A stretch of 64,000 nucleotides of DNA from the human T2T-CHM13v2.0 reference genome, Homo sapiens, in the NCBI RefSeq assembly GCF_009914755.1, contig NC_060941.1; one strand, 5' to 3'. The position numbers were made by a program, and so were the translations under genes. Within the stretch, counting starts at the first letter, position 1. Every line of letters starts with the position of its first letter. The notes beneath the pieces were generated by a model, which saw only the letters and a list, made by a program, of their open reading frames with translations, was not told the origin of the DNA and did not search any database. Positions 14,206 through 27,512 of this stretch are shown one piece after another.

Positions 14206-15821
14206 TATTATGTTCTGTCCATCCCCCTTTTAGCATCTATGATACATGTTGCAGACTTTCCTTTTCACCTGCTTCATATATCAAAGTGTCACAGCCTCTT
14301 ATTTTTGCAGAGTTGGCAGGACAGGCTTATGGTGAGTAAGAGAGAATTGGCTTTCCTGCTTGCTTTTAAAATATTTTACCAACCTTGTTCAGTTTCAGAT
14401 ATGGCCAATGACGAATGAACTTATTTTCATCATTTTTTCATCTGAAGTAGAAGCAGAAAGAATGGAATTCTGATGGTCCAGCTATTCTCAACTCCTTTTT
14501 TTTCTTAATATAAACAATGAATAGCTCCTAACTTGGCATGTCAGCTACCCACACTCTGCTATCTGATATTGAGGCAGAGGTACCAACTCCTTTAAAGATC
14601 TATTTTCCCCCTATAACATGTCAGGTTGCCATCTTCAACATACTATTTTCATAATGCTTTTCTTTAAAACCAATTGACCAAATTGTTGAAGAAAATTTGG
14701 GGGAAAAGATGTAGGCTGGCAAAACACAGTTCTTAAAAATCAGAGCTGGAAGGAAAGATGTTTAACTTGGAATAACGATAGGAGACTCACACAGAAGCAC
14801 AAGGGGTTGTAGCTGGAGAAGAAGGCAACTGGAAGAGGACAAAGAAAAGTGACAAAGAAAAGAAACTCAGAGAGCCTGCCTGAGTTTCTGGAGGTTAACC
14901 CAACCTGCTCAAGGAAGGCACTTTATTTTGGTGCAGAACTGGATCACCACTATTATATATTCATAAGCATAGCCTTCTGATTATATTCGTACAAACTGGA
15001 GAATCACTTCCAAAGAGTTCGTATGCCAAAACAGTGTCTTTCAAAAGAGGGTTCACAGAGATAGGCAACATGATTCACTGCCAATAAAAAACTCAGATCA
15101 GCAACATTATGGAAGAAAAATCCAATTAAAATCAACCCGGGGGTTTCCTCTGCTGACGTGGAATCACAAATTATTTTTCTTATCCCACACAGAGAGACTT
15201 TTCCCTGTACAGTCCCAGAAATGAAGCCGAAGTGTCAGCTTCAATATGAGAATTTAATTCTACATTTCCTTCAGCGGATCACTAATTCCAAGGTTCAGCA
15301 TGCCTAAATGTTCTGTGGTTGAGTAGATTTTAGTGGTCTTTAAGAGATTACCTCAAATGCAACAGACTCTCAATACAAGACCAGAAATATTTTGAAAGAA
15401 AAGAAAAACACTCTCTACTTCTTTATAATTTAGCTTTCAAGAGCTTAAAATTATTTTAAAACATATTTTTGTATCAAAATTGTGCCAGCTTTCAGACATG
15501 GGAGATGTCCTCTTCTTGTTTTGCAGACAACGTGTCATCAGTCAAGTATTTATTGGATCTTGAGTTATGCATAGCAATGTGCAAAGGCAGTTGGAGAACA
15601 CGATAAAGAGGGAAGAGCTGCCTGCCCTCAGTGGACTTCCAGTTTAATTGGAAGCCCTTTGTTTCATGTAGTCTTCTAATTATTATTATTTTACTTCTTC
15701 TGGACATACAATTGTTTGACATACAATCAAACAACAGAAGAATCTTATCACTTGACCCATCTCAATTGTATAGGATGACTCCAATCACTGATCACTGGAA
15801 CTTACTATCTGTATTGCAACT

Positions 15822-16121
15822 TTTTTTTTTTTTGAAACAGGGTCTTGCTCTGTTGCCCAAACTGGAGGGCCGTGATGCCATCATATTTCACTGCAGCCTT
15901 GAACTCCTGGGCTTAAGTGATCCTCCCACTTCAGCCTACAGAGTAGCTGGGATTACAGGCGTGTGCCACCACACCCAGCTAATTATTTCTTATTTTTATT
16001 TTTTTGTAGAGATAGGCTGTCTCACTATGTTGCCCAGGCTGGTCTCAAACTCCTGACCTCAAGTGATCCTCTTGCCTTGGCCTCTCAAAGTGATGATAGG
16101 TGTGAACCAATGCACCCGGCC
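15822..16121 (-). mobile_element. AluJ
   Basis: antisense dimer; TSD tgtattgcaact on both sides. Confidence 0.93.
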
Positions 16122-16998
16122 TGTATTGCAACTTTTTACATGAAGTTGCCCAAGGATGTTTATTTTGTAAGGTGAGGGACACAAATGCATATGTGTCCAC
16201 GAGTGAAGCCAAAATCAGTGAGCAGAAGCAAAGGAGAGGGAGAGTGCCGAGCAGTGGCAAGTTAGGTCAGAAAGGAGGTAACGGGCAGGAGTAGGGCTGT
16301 GAAGAGAGGAAAAGCATTCATTCCAAGGGAAGAAGGTAATAGATGCAAAGACACGAAGTGAGAATGAGCCAGGTGTGCGTGACGGCTGGGAAGCCGAGTG
16401 GGCTAGCTGTTCTCTTTGCTTTGGCGAAGATAAAGTTGTGCGGAGACACATTCGCACTGAACTTTAAAGTGTAGGAAACAGAAAGTGTTTTGTCCCCTTC
16501 GGAGAGTGTCCCATTTTCCACTCAGGCCACAGCCCTGACTCGGCGATCCTCCTTCAATGGGCGCTTATGTTCTCGCCAGGAAGGGCAGCCCTTGCTAAAT
16601 GTTATGGTTTGGAAGGATCCTTCACAAGGATGGAAAACCGAGTTAATTCAATTAAGGCCCGGGGTCCTGGGCTTTGAACCAGCCACAGTCTCAATTTTAT
16701 GAAAGGATGAAAAGTTAATTATTTGCCGAGTTTGAGTGAAGTCTACTTTGAAAATCCCTTTCCAAAAGAGTAATTTCCACATCGGCTTCCCTGTGGAAAA
16801 TCAAGGCAGGTTGAACCAGGGTCATAAAGAGAACCTCAGGAACTGGTCTTCAGAGAGGTCCAGCACCCAGTGGCTCGCCTGTCTCCATACCACATTCGAA
16901 GGGCTGGGTGGTGTCTGAAGCCTCTGTTTGTCCCCACAGGCTACTTCGAAAAATAGAAAAGGAAATATAAGTTGAATTCAGAAAGTCAAGGTTTTTAG

Positions 16999-17260
<262 letters not shown>

Positions 17261-17421
17261 AGGGAAGGTCTTAATAGTTCATTTGATGGAGGGTTTCACT
17301 TCCCAACTGGCAGCTTCCTGGCTGCTTTTAATGTTATTGTTTTATTTAACTTTAACATTTTAACTTTAAAAATCATGTACACATATGTACATATGTTGAT
17401 AATATAACAATAAAACAATTA

Positions 17422-17726
<305 letters not shown>

Positions 17727-19419
17727 AATAAAACAATTTTTCTGATGTAGAAAATATAAAGATAAATCATTCATAAGCCCACTGGCCAGATAATAGGCTA
17801 ATGGTTTTGGTGTGCATACTTCCAAAACTTTAAAGTATTTATACCCTGATATATACACACACACACACAAACACCACACAGGAATAAGCATGGGATCATA
17901 TTTAAATAGTTATCCTTTTGGCTTTGTTTTGCTTTTCACAGCAATATATTATATCAGAGATTTATTTCCATGTAAATTGGGATAGCATAAGAATAAAGTG
18001 CATGGGTTCTCAGGAAAAAAAAAAACAACTTTGAGTTAACTGAGAAAACTTCTCAATGTTTTTAGCCCCAGTAAAAGTACAACCAGTCGCTGGTGTGGTT
18101 CTGTGGCTTCAATACAATATTCTCTGTAAGGCTCTTAGTACCCAAACATAATAAATGCTCAGTGTTTTTGTCTTTGCATCAATGAATATAGATTTATGTC
18201 TTTTTTTTAATGACAGCAAACTATTCTGTTGCAATTATGGCTGTAACAGGATTTGTTTTAGTTCATCCTTGATAGACATTTCAATTGTTTCTAATTTCTC
18301 ACTCCCATGAATGGATCTGCAATGCATATTCCTTATATGCAACTTTCACAGCTTTGGTGTTGACATAGGCAATTAGAAAGAAATGCTTTCTGAGAGTAAG
18401 AAACATCATTCATGCCCCTTCCTCCTCAAAAGAGAGATTTTAACCTTACTAATAAATGTGCGTGGGTAATTCCTAGGAATATGGTAGAAATGCTACTATA
18501 GAACCTAAATCCAAGGAAAAGAACATTTTCAAGTCAACACCTCCTGGCAAGAAGAGTGGACTTAAAATAAGGAGAATCCAGTTCTAGCTCTGCTGTAAGT
18601 TTTTGATCAACCCCAAAGAAATGACAAACTCTCTAGGCCTGCTTTCTCTTTCGTAAAAAGAAGCTGAGTGAAGTGAACCAGAAGTTTCTTTCCAAATGAC
18701 TGTGGAATTCATACTCTGCGTGCATTGCTTGACAAGAACTCTTGCCATCAATACTATGACAAAACCTAAGTCCTAAACAAACTCTGGGCTAGGCCTAAAG
18801 GATTCCATTGTCATTTGTGTCTTTGCATTCAATTCTAGCGAAATGAGACAAAATGACATGCAAAATGCAAGTTTTTTTTTTTTATCCACATGCTGAACAC
18901 TGGGCAATAGATGCTGCATTCTATAACAGAACATATCTATGACAGAAGTTTATAAAAAACGAGAAGTGCTTAGAAACATCCAGCAAACAAATTGCTGAAT
19001 CTTACCACATGCAAGAAGGATTTCAAAGAGCTGTGGGGGACATTATGAAGTTAAAATATGATTTCTTGCCTTAAAATTGCCACCATGTGGTAGAAGAGGA
19101 AAAGTATGCCCATAAAATGATCCCTGAAAATTAAAAGGTTGATTATTTATGATTTTATACCTCACCTGGTTTTAAAAAAGGACTTAAAGACACTTCAGAA
19201 AGTGGCATATACTATCCTAAAGGCTTTCAAATAAGTTAGAAAAATAATACTTACAAAATGGCAAGTACGGGTGCAAGATTAAGAATGGAATAATGTTCAT
19301 GCACCCAATTCATTCCATCAAATGCTGTACGTCACATCTTTAACTATGAATTCTGCCATTCAATCCAGAGAAAAGACAGATATTACACGTATTTATTAAT
19401 AACAACAACCAAAATCATT

Positions 19420-19660
19420 GTAATAACAGTTAATGCTCATATAGGGTTTACTATGTGATGTGGCCGTCAATGCTTTAAGAATTTTCCATATAGATTAATT
19501 CATTTAACCTCATGATAAACTACAAAGTAAGCACTGTCATCATCCCCAACCTACCAGGGGAGTATCAGGCAGAGATTGGTCAGGTAAATTACCGAGGGTC
19601 ACCCAGCTGGGAAGTCACAGAGTTAGGATTCAACTCCAAGCAGTTTTCAAAGTCTCTAAA
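19420..19660 (-). mobile_element. MIR
   Basis: ttaattcatttaacctcatgataaac...ggtcacccagctgggaagtcacagagttaggattcaac. Confidence 0.7.
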
Positions 19661-21498
19661 CTTGAAGCGTCACAAAACTCTTCTCATATTACCTCCAGGT
19701 TATGAAACCAAGGAAGGGGGGTTTTCACTTTTGTTTTATTTCTTACACCTTTACAAATGCTCCAGTTTCTCTAGAAGCAAATATGTTAATATATTTTTTA
19801 TAATCAAAAAAATTAATTTTTTATATAAGCAAGCAAGGCAGGATAAACTTTGGGCCTGTTCAGCAAACTCACCACAAAGAAACAGGATAATGAGTCACCT
19901 GTCATGGCAGGGTAGTCAGACAGCCTTCCTGGAAGAGGTAAATCTTAAAGGACAGGTAAGGCTGGGGAAGAAAGAATGGGGGAAACAGGAATTATAGGTA
20001 GAGTAGTATGTTTTTCAAGAGCAAAACTGAGCTCCTGAGCAAAAGTCACAGGAAAATTCGGCTCAATCCCCACACAACCAAAAGACGTTGACCTTCCTGT
20101 ATTGATAGATCAAAGAGAGAAAAATTAACTCAAAGAACTACACATTTTCCTTGCACATATTTTCATATATCCGCAAAGACTCCAATGTCCTTTCAGGAAA
20201 ATGGTAACCATTGGGGCCTGTGTGCTGTCTTCGTTTTTCCTTTTTCTTCCCACTTATCCATTCCTAAAGTCACAAATCTATGACTCAGATGAAAATGGCA
20301 TAGCAGCAAAGGGAGGTGTTGAGGAGTGGGAGAGAGAAAAAGAGGTAAAGGCAATTAGTCTTTGGATCCTGTTCCTTGGTGATTTCTGCCATGACACCAA
20401 ATTGCAAAGATGCAAAAACCCTCTCATTAACAGCCTGGTGACGGATATGAGAAAGGTCACCCAACTGAAGCTACTGGAGGCTCCTTGTCTCTATGAATCC
20501 CAGGCAAACCAGTAAGGCCCGGCTAACAGATATTTTCAGAACATTCATTCACTTCAAAATCAGATCAGTGAAAGGTTGAGAATATTCTCTGGGAAATCTG
20601 GTCTGCCTTTAAGCAGAGGGTTCTAAATGCAGTCATTGACGCAGTGATTAAGGAGAATAATTATCTCTTCCCTTTATTCTGCCACAGAGAATTGCTAGAG
20701 GCCAAGAACCGATTAGTGCTGGCTAACAAATCCTACTCTACCCCTCCTACATCTCCCTGCACCCAATGTCTCCCAAATGAAAATGGACAAAATATTTTTC
20801 AGCTGAACTAATTCATGAAGCTATAAAACTAGCAGCCTTACTTGCCATTCACCATTTGGGATTTAAAAACTCAAGAATAGGAGATTAGACAGTGTCTTGG
20901 CTTTATATGCTGTTACTACAATTAAATAAACAGCCCCCTGTGTGAATTAATCGCCTTGGTGCAGGCTAAAATAGTGCAAGAATCTAGGCGAGATTTTGAA
21001 AAATGTTTAGACTGATTTAGATCGACTAGGAATTGCTAATGGTTTTTATAGCTAATACTTTCAACTCCCTCCATCCAAAGCAAACACGCACACACACACA
21101 CATCCCTCAGGAAAGCAATGGTTGAGTCTCAGTTGTGTAAACTTGGTCTTGCAAAATGAAATTTTTTATCTCTTGCACCTAAACATCCCAACATGGCTCT
21201 GGAGACACAAAGACTGAAATGAGGATGATAGTCTTTTTTCAAAATTGAAGGCATATGTTTTATAACCCACCTGGTGTTCATTTTATCATGAGATCTTCTA
21301 CCCCAGCCTTCAAGTGATTGTCAAGTAGTTATTGAAATAAAACATCAATGTGATAAAATGACTACAATTTACATGAAGACAGTCAGAGAATCTTATTCCT
21401 GAGAAAATCTCCAGCCTAAAACCGAGAGGTTCAAAATATAAACTCCAAGTGCTTTTAAAGACTCCCTTAAGAAAGTGGAGAGATGGAATTAAAGAATA

Positions 21499-21501
<3 letters not shown>

Positions 21502-21544
<43 letters not shown>
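21502..21544. repeat. (TG)21 microsatellite
   Basis: direct inspection. Confidence 0.97.
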
Positions 21545-21546
<2 letters not shown>

Positions 21547-21792
21547 GCCTATCATACTAATTTTTTAAAAAATTTTTTTCCCAGCTTCATTAAGATATAG
21601 TTGACAAGTAAAAATTGTCAATATTTATGGTGTCCTATATGATTGTTTTGATAGATGCACACATTGTGAAATGATTAAGTCACACTAATTAACATGTCCA
21701 TCACCTCAATATCATTTTGTGTGTGTGTGTGGTGGTGACACTTAAGATCTACTCTCCTAGCAATTTTCAAGTATACAATATAACAACAGCAT

Positions 21793-22444
21793 AGTTGCTA
21801 GAAAGGGGTCCCAATTCAGACTCCAAGAGAGGGTCCTTGGATCTCAGGGAGAGTCCACAGAGTAAAGCAAAAGCAAGTTTATTAGGAAAGTTAAGGAATA
21901 AAAGAATGGCTAAGCCATAGGCAGAGCAGCACTGTGGGCTGCTGGTTGGCTATATTTATAGTTATTTCTTGATTATACGCTAAACAAGGGGTGGATTATT
22001 CATGAGTTTTCTGGGAAAGAAGCAGGCAATTCTCAGAACTGAGGGGAACCCCACCACCACCTGTGGCCTTTTTAGACCATATAGGGTAACTTCCAGATAT
22101 TGCCATGGCATTGGTAAACTGTCATGGCACTAGTGGGAGTGTCTGTTAGCAAACTAATGCATTATAATTACTGTATAATGAGCAACAAGGACAACCAGAG
22201 GTTGCTTTCCTTGACATCTTGGATTTGGTGGGTTTTGGCTGGCTTCTTTACTGCATCCTGTTTTATCAGCAGGGTTTTTGTGACCTGGATCTTGTGTTGA
22301 CCTCCTATTTCATCCTCTGACTAAGAATGCCTAATCCGCTGGGAATGCAGCCCAACAGGTCTCAGCCTCATTCTACCCAGTCCCTGTTCAAGATGGAACC
22401 TCAAACAGGAACCCCTGTTCACTCTGGTTCCAACGCCTCTAACA
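21793..22444 (-). mobile_element. MER41 (ERV1) solo LTR
   Basis: reverse complement begins tgttagaggcgttggaaccagag...ccatcttgaacaggg..gggctgcattcccag, the MER41 5' end. Confidence 0.85.
22009..22038. promoter_or_regulatory. tandem GAS (STAT1) motifs in MER41
   Basis: TTCTGGGAA 22009-22017 and TTCTCAGAA 22030-22038, both TTC-N3-GAA. Confidence 0.6.
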
Positions 22445-24353
22445 TAGTCACCATGTCATACAGTAGACTCCTAGAATTTATTCATCCTGTCTAACTTGAC
22501 CTTTGTACCCTTTGACCAACATATCTGCATTCCCACCATATCATGTTAATTTGTTTTCATTAAAAAATAAAATGAGAGAAAAATTATACCCAATCCTTAT
22601 CGGAAAAAAGATACAGACGTGCTGCCTCTGCAGAGGTGGCCTGATGATCCCAGCAAAGAGAATAGTGGTGCTGAATTCAATTAGCTTAACTCTTGCAAGA
22701 AAAGAATGGAAAGCCGTATATACCACAAGCAGTGCATGTGATAGTCCTGGGGATTATCGAGGGAAAAGAACGAAAAATGAACAAGTTCAGCAGGAACTGT
22801 GATAGCCTGGGGTAATGAAGGAGAGTGGGACGCACTTGATGAAAGCCCCAAACACAGCAGCAGGTGGAGAAGTTGTTGACTTTATTTAGCATTAATTGCA
22901 GGAAAGCGTCTATAAAATGTGGTCAAAAATTATTAAACCCCTGATGTTATGCCAACATTATGCCATCCCCTGTTCCAAGGCAGGTGTATTATTCCTGGTC
23001 CCAAGGATTAAAGTAAATCATGGCTTTTCCATGTATTCTGAATATTGCATTTCATTATTTTTTACTGCCCTGTTTCTCTAGGTTTTTGTGGCTTAATAGG
23101 CTCTGCTATTTATAAACTCATCACGGGTTCCATGTTGGGGGAGGGAATGTCAGAAAAAGAATGTCCGTTCAACATTCCCTCTCCACCCTTAAATCTCTAT
23201 GTGAACATACTCTATATACATTTCTGGAAACCACTCAAGTCAAACATATTTACAGTGATGGCCACAGACACATCTCTCTCCTCCCACTGGATCTGGGACA
23301 CTTGCTTAGATTTAAGAGACTGATTTCAAGATACTCACTTGTGGTTATCTGAAGAAACCCAGATTTGCATACTTGATGCCCAAAACTTTGTTCTAGAAGC
23401 CACAAAACTATGCTAATCATTTCAAACAAAAGGGGAGCTTGAGTTTACCCACAAATCCAAAATGAATCCAAGCATACTTTTTGTCTGTGACAGGGTCTTG
23501 CTCTGCCACCCAGACAAACTTTTAAAATCTCAATTAAAAATTAAAACATTCAAGTAGCATTTTGCAGAAGACTCTCAGTATTACCCAAATATTCCTGAAG
23601 GCCCCAAAATGATGAGATTCTACAGATAGACTGAGAAAATAAAACAATGAAAAGCATGCCCGAGTCATCTTGCGAAGCCGCTGTGCACACTGACCAGCCC
23701 AACCATTGGCCAACACCACCCAGGACCCAAGAGTCATACCAGGCAGAAAACAGCAGCCTCACTTCCTTATGTGTCCTGATTGGGGAGGTGGCCAAAATAC
23801 TGTAACTGCAAGCCCCTTCTCACTCCCACTCCCTATTCTCCCTGTTTTCTGTATCTTTTTATCTTTAGTTCTCAGAAAACAAACGTACAGGCAGTCAAAG
23901 AATAACCTGAAAATGTTTCTTTGCCTCCTAAGATGCAGAGCAGCAGGCGGAGAAATAGAGAACGAGCAGCACTCTAGTGACAGCACAGCCCGGAAGTGGA
24001 GCTGGACGTGCATGCCAGTGGCACTTGTTCAAATGCCAGTCGTAGTGCAGAGGGTGGAGGAAGAGAACTCAAGCTTGCAATCATGCTTTCTCAGTATTCC
24101 CAGATTTTTTTTTTTCCTTTGTTACCTCCCTCCCAAGAAAACCTTGTAGATTTGTTTCCCCTCATTGCCTACCTCCCCATGAAATGTCATGCCACAGAAA
24201 AATGGTTATATATGTTTTTACACTCATTCACAAAGAACCAAATTTTGTCCGCTTGGTAGTATTTATCCCCCCTCTTGAGAATGCATGTGCCAGCCCCTTA
24301 GTCCCTGGGAGTCAGGTTATGTGTCTACAATGAATTTGTTCATCCTCCGTAAA

Positions 24354-24572
24354 GCAGGGTTTCTCAACCTTTGTACCATTGACATTTGGGACAGACAATT
24401 CTCTGTTGTAGGTGCCGTCCTGTGCGATGGAGGGTTTTCGGCAGCATCCCTGGCCTCTAGGTGCCGGTAGCACTTCTATCCCCCATTCTCCTATGTAACA
24501 ACCAAAAATGTCTCCAGACCCTGCCAAATGTCCCTCAACAGGGCAGAATGGCCCCAGCTGACAACTGCTTCT
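24354..24572. mobile_element. MER20 (hAT-Charlie)
   Basis: cagggtttctcaacct...gacatttggg...cagcatccctggcctcta...caaccaaaaatgtctccagac. Confidence 0.9.
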
Positions 24573-25360
24573 CTACAGGTTAGGAATATAGCAGTGAATA
24601 AGACAGGCAAAGTTTCCACCTAAAGTTTTGCTACTCAACAGTTGCTTGGTCTTAATACCTCTTAACAGCTCTTGGTTGCTTTACCTCTCCAAGAAAAAAA
24701 AAAATTAAATAATACCCAAGGTCCTCTCCAACTTTGTCATCCTTTGTGATCTCTTTGTGTGTTTTTAATTAAATATAATTGTTTAGAATGGCTTTTTTCC
24801 CCTAAAGGTTTGAACCCAAATCACATATACAATGGATTTTAAAAATAAACATAAAAAGCATGTGATAAATAAATCTTTTTTAAAACAAATATATTCTTCC
24901 AAAAATCAGTGTGTAAATGATCTTATCCAGAGAAAGTTACACAAATACCGTCTCCTTGTAGCTTTCAGTTCTGAGCAGCCCAAGACCTTGTAGCAAGCAG
25001 AGCAGAGAAACATACAGAATTGGACATACAATCGATTTCATGCTTGATGGTACAAAGCCATTGAAGAGTGTAATAAAATCACATTGAGCATGGAGATTTC
25101 ATTGACTTTTTTTTTTTAAAAGAAAGGCTTCTTTTTTTTTTTTTTTTTCGAATTAAACTTATGTTTTGCAATTCAAAACCCAGGGCCAAATCAAGTGATT
25201 GGAGTGGTAATAAAATGATAACTTATGTTAGCATCCACCTAACATAAAAATCACTTGATCTGCACCAAAAAAAAAAAATCTTGTGGTGTTTATAGTGAAA
25301 AAGGCATTGGTCCAAGTTAGGAAGTGATGTAGAGAAGTGAGGCTAGAAGAGTTAAATGTT

Positions 25361-25453
25361 GGGCAGGAGGCTGAGGCAGGAGAATCACTTGAGACCAGAA
25401 GTTAGAGACCAGCTTGGGCAACATATTGAGACCCTATCTCTAAACTAAAAAGG
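25361..25453 (+). mobile_element. 5' truncated FLAM/Alu left monomer
   Basis: ggaggctgaggcaggagaatcacttgag...gagaccctatctct; flanked by agttaaatg TSD. Confidence 0.8.
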
Positions 25454-25870
25454 AAAAGTTAAATGATGAGAATAGAATCTTTCCATAGGCCCTTTTGGCA
25501 AGTGATAACAGAGCCCTTTGAATGTCATTAAAAATGTCCTAGACATTTTAGCTACTGTCAAGTCCTGTTTGCCCAGGGTCACGGAAATATTATATTCCTG
25601 AAGCTAGGAATAAACTCAGAATATCTCTGGGTGAAAAAGGGATTGAGATCAGTTTTTGATCTAGGAAATTGTGTGATATCTTGATGAACAGAGGTGAGAG
25701 TTATATGGATTCCTTTATCTGTGACCATGAACAGAGAATTCTATCTAAGTGGGGAAAATGAATTAATGTGAGGGCCCAAAACTAGGTCTAGGATTCATTT
25801 ACCCTTTGAAGTGCTAATGTGCCACACTTGCTTGATGTTTTTAATGGCAAAACCATTATCTAAGAGTATC

Positions 25871-26140
25871 AGTCCCAGCACTTTGGAAGGCCAAGGCAGG
25901 CGGATCACGAGGTCAGGAGTTTGAGACCAGCGTGACCAACATGGTGAAACTCTGTCTCTACTAAAAGTACAAAAATTAGCCAGACACGGTGACATGTGCC
26001 TGTAATCCCAGCTACTCGGGAGGCTGAGGCAGGAGAATCACTCGAACCTGGAGGCAAAGGTTGCAGTGAGCCGAGAGCACGCCACTGCACTCCAGCCTGG
26101 GCGACAGAGTGAGACTCTGTCTCAAAAAAAAAAGAAAAAA
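25871..26140 (+). mobile_element. AluS (Sg-like), slightly 5' truncated
   Basis: TSD aagagtat at 25862 and 26141. Confidence 0.95.
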
Positions 26141-26175
26141 AAGAGTATTGGTGACCCATGTGCTTTGGAAATTCT

Positions 26176-26493
26176 GTTTATTTGTTTGTTTGTTTGTTTG
26201 TTTGTTTGTTTTGAGACAGAGTCTTGCTCTGTCGCCCAGGCTGGAGTGCAATGGCGTAATCTTGGCTCACTGCTCCCTCTGCCTCCTAGGTTCAAGCAAT
26301 TCTCCTGCCTCAGCCTCCTGAGTAGCTGGGATTACAGGCACGCAACACCATGCCTGGCTAATTTTTGTATTTTTAGTAGAGACTGGGTTTCACCATGTTG
26401 GTCAGGCTGGTCTCGAACTCCTGACCTCATGATCCGCCTACCTCGGCCTCCCAAAGTGCTGGGATTACAGGTGTGAGCCACCATGCCTGGCCA
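26176..26493 (-). mobile_element. AluS with (TTTG)n tail
   Basis: antisense dimer. Confidence 0.95.
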
Positions 26494-27512
26494 GAAATTG
26501 TTAAACAACAGAGGAAGTACAATGAAGATCAAAATGACCCTCAAATTTTTTAAACTAGAGACCTTTATGCCTTGGATCACTTTAGAACAAACTAAAGAAT
26601 TTCTCATGAAAACACCATTGCTTTCTTTCTTTGTGTAGATAGAGAAAGGAAGTGGGTTTCTCTTTTCCTCCTTGCCTGGCCAAATAGAATAAGCCAATTC
26701 TGATGGCCAAATCATTTTGAAAGAGGAGGATTTTAAGTTCTTAGAGCTTACAACTTCACTTCCCATCTTGAGGCTGGTTCAGCATCTAGGAAGCTTGTAA
26801 ATATAGTCTGCTGACTTGTCTGTAAGCAAAGCTCTTTAGTGCTGGATCTCACTGAAAGAATGGAGGGAGCCCCTCAAAGTCATATTCCCATAGCCACTGG
26901 ACTTTATCTTCCTATCCAAGGGGACCTAGGAATAGAAGTCTCATGTTGGCAAATTCAAATATTCCACGTGGGCTAATTAAGTGCCTGCTGTGGTCAACAA
27001 CTGAAGAATGTTACCAGAAAGCCTAAATGGTTATTATCCTATTTTGAAGCCTTCTCACTCCCTGGCCAAAAGTTAAAATAACTGGCTAAAGAACCAGGAA
27101 CTTCTCCTAAAGAGGCATCCAAAGGGAAAGTCAAATAGCTCATAAAATCCTACTCCAGTCTGTAAAACAGCGAAAGAGACACTTAGCATTGGGTGTTGTT
27201 TCCTTGGTTCTCTTTATTTTATGAGGTCTCAATAAGTTTCCTGGGGCTGCTGTAAAAAAGATTTCTTTATAGTGGTTTGTAGGCTACATTCCCCCACCCA
27301 CCCTCACACACACACCCTCATTCCCGCCTCCTCTCCACACCTCCTCTCCACACCTCCTCTCCCTTTGTTTGATTTATAAAACTTTTTCCATGTCCTGTGT
27401 CCTTTTTCCATGCTCTGTCAACTGACCCTTTTGCTCAAAAGGCTTCTTTCCTCTCCAGGGCAGTGTTCACTGCTGATTGGGCCTGTCACAGTCCAAATTA
27501 CAGGCTCACTGA

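Larger units (their letters stand above)
21560..22540 (-). mobile_element. L1MA/MB 3' end fragment split by MER41
   Basis: cacattgtgaaatgattaag...tctactctcctagcaattttcaagtatacaata, resuming after 22444 as tagtcaccatg...tgtaccctttgaccaacat. Confidence 0.8.

Noticed and set aside
19512-19997. 161-aa ORF
   Set aside because: Starts within a MIR; no recognisable protein similarity.
23060-24582. Other AG|GT or acceptor-like sites (23081, about 24578)
   Set aside because: Weak reconstituted donors and no convincing paired exon; such motifs are frequent by chance.
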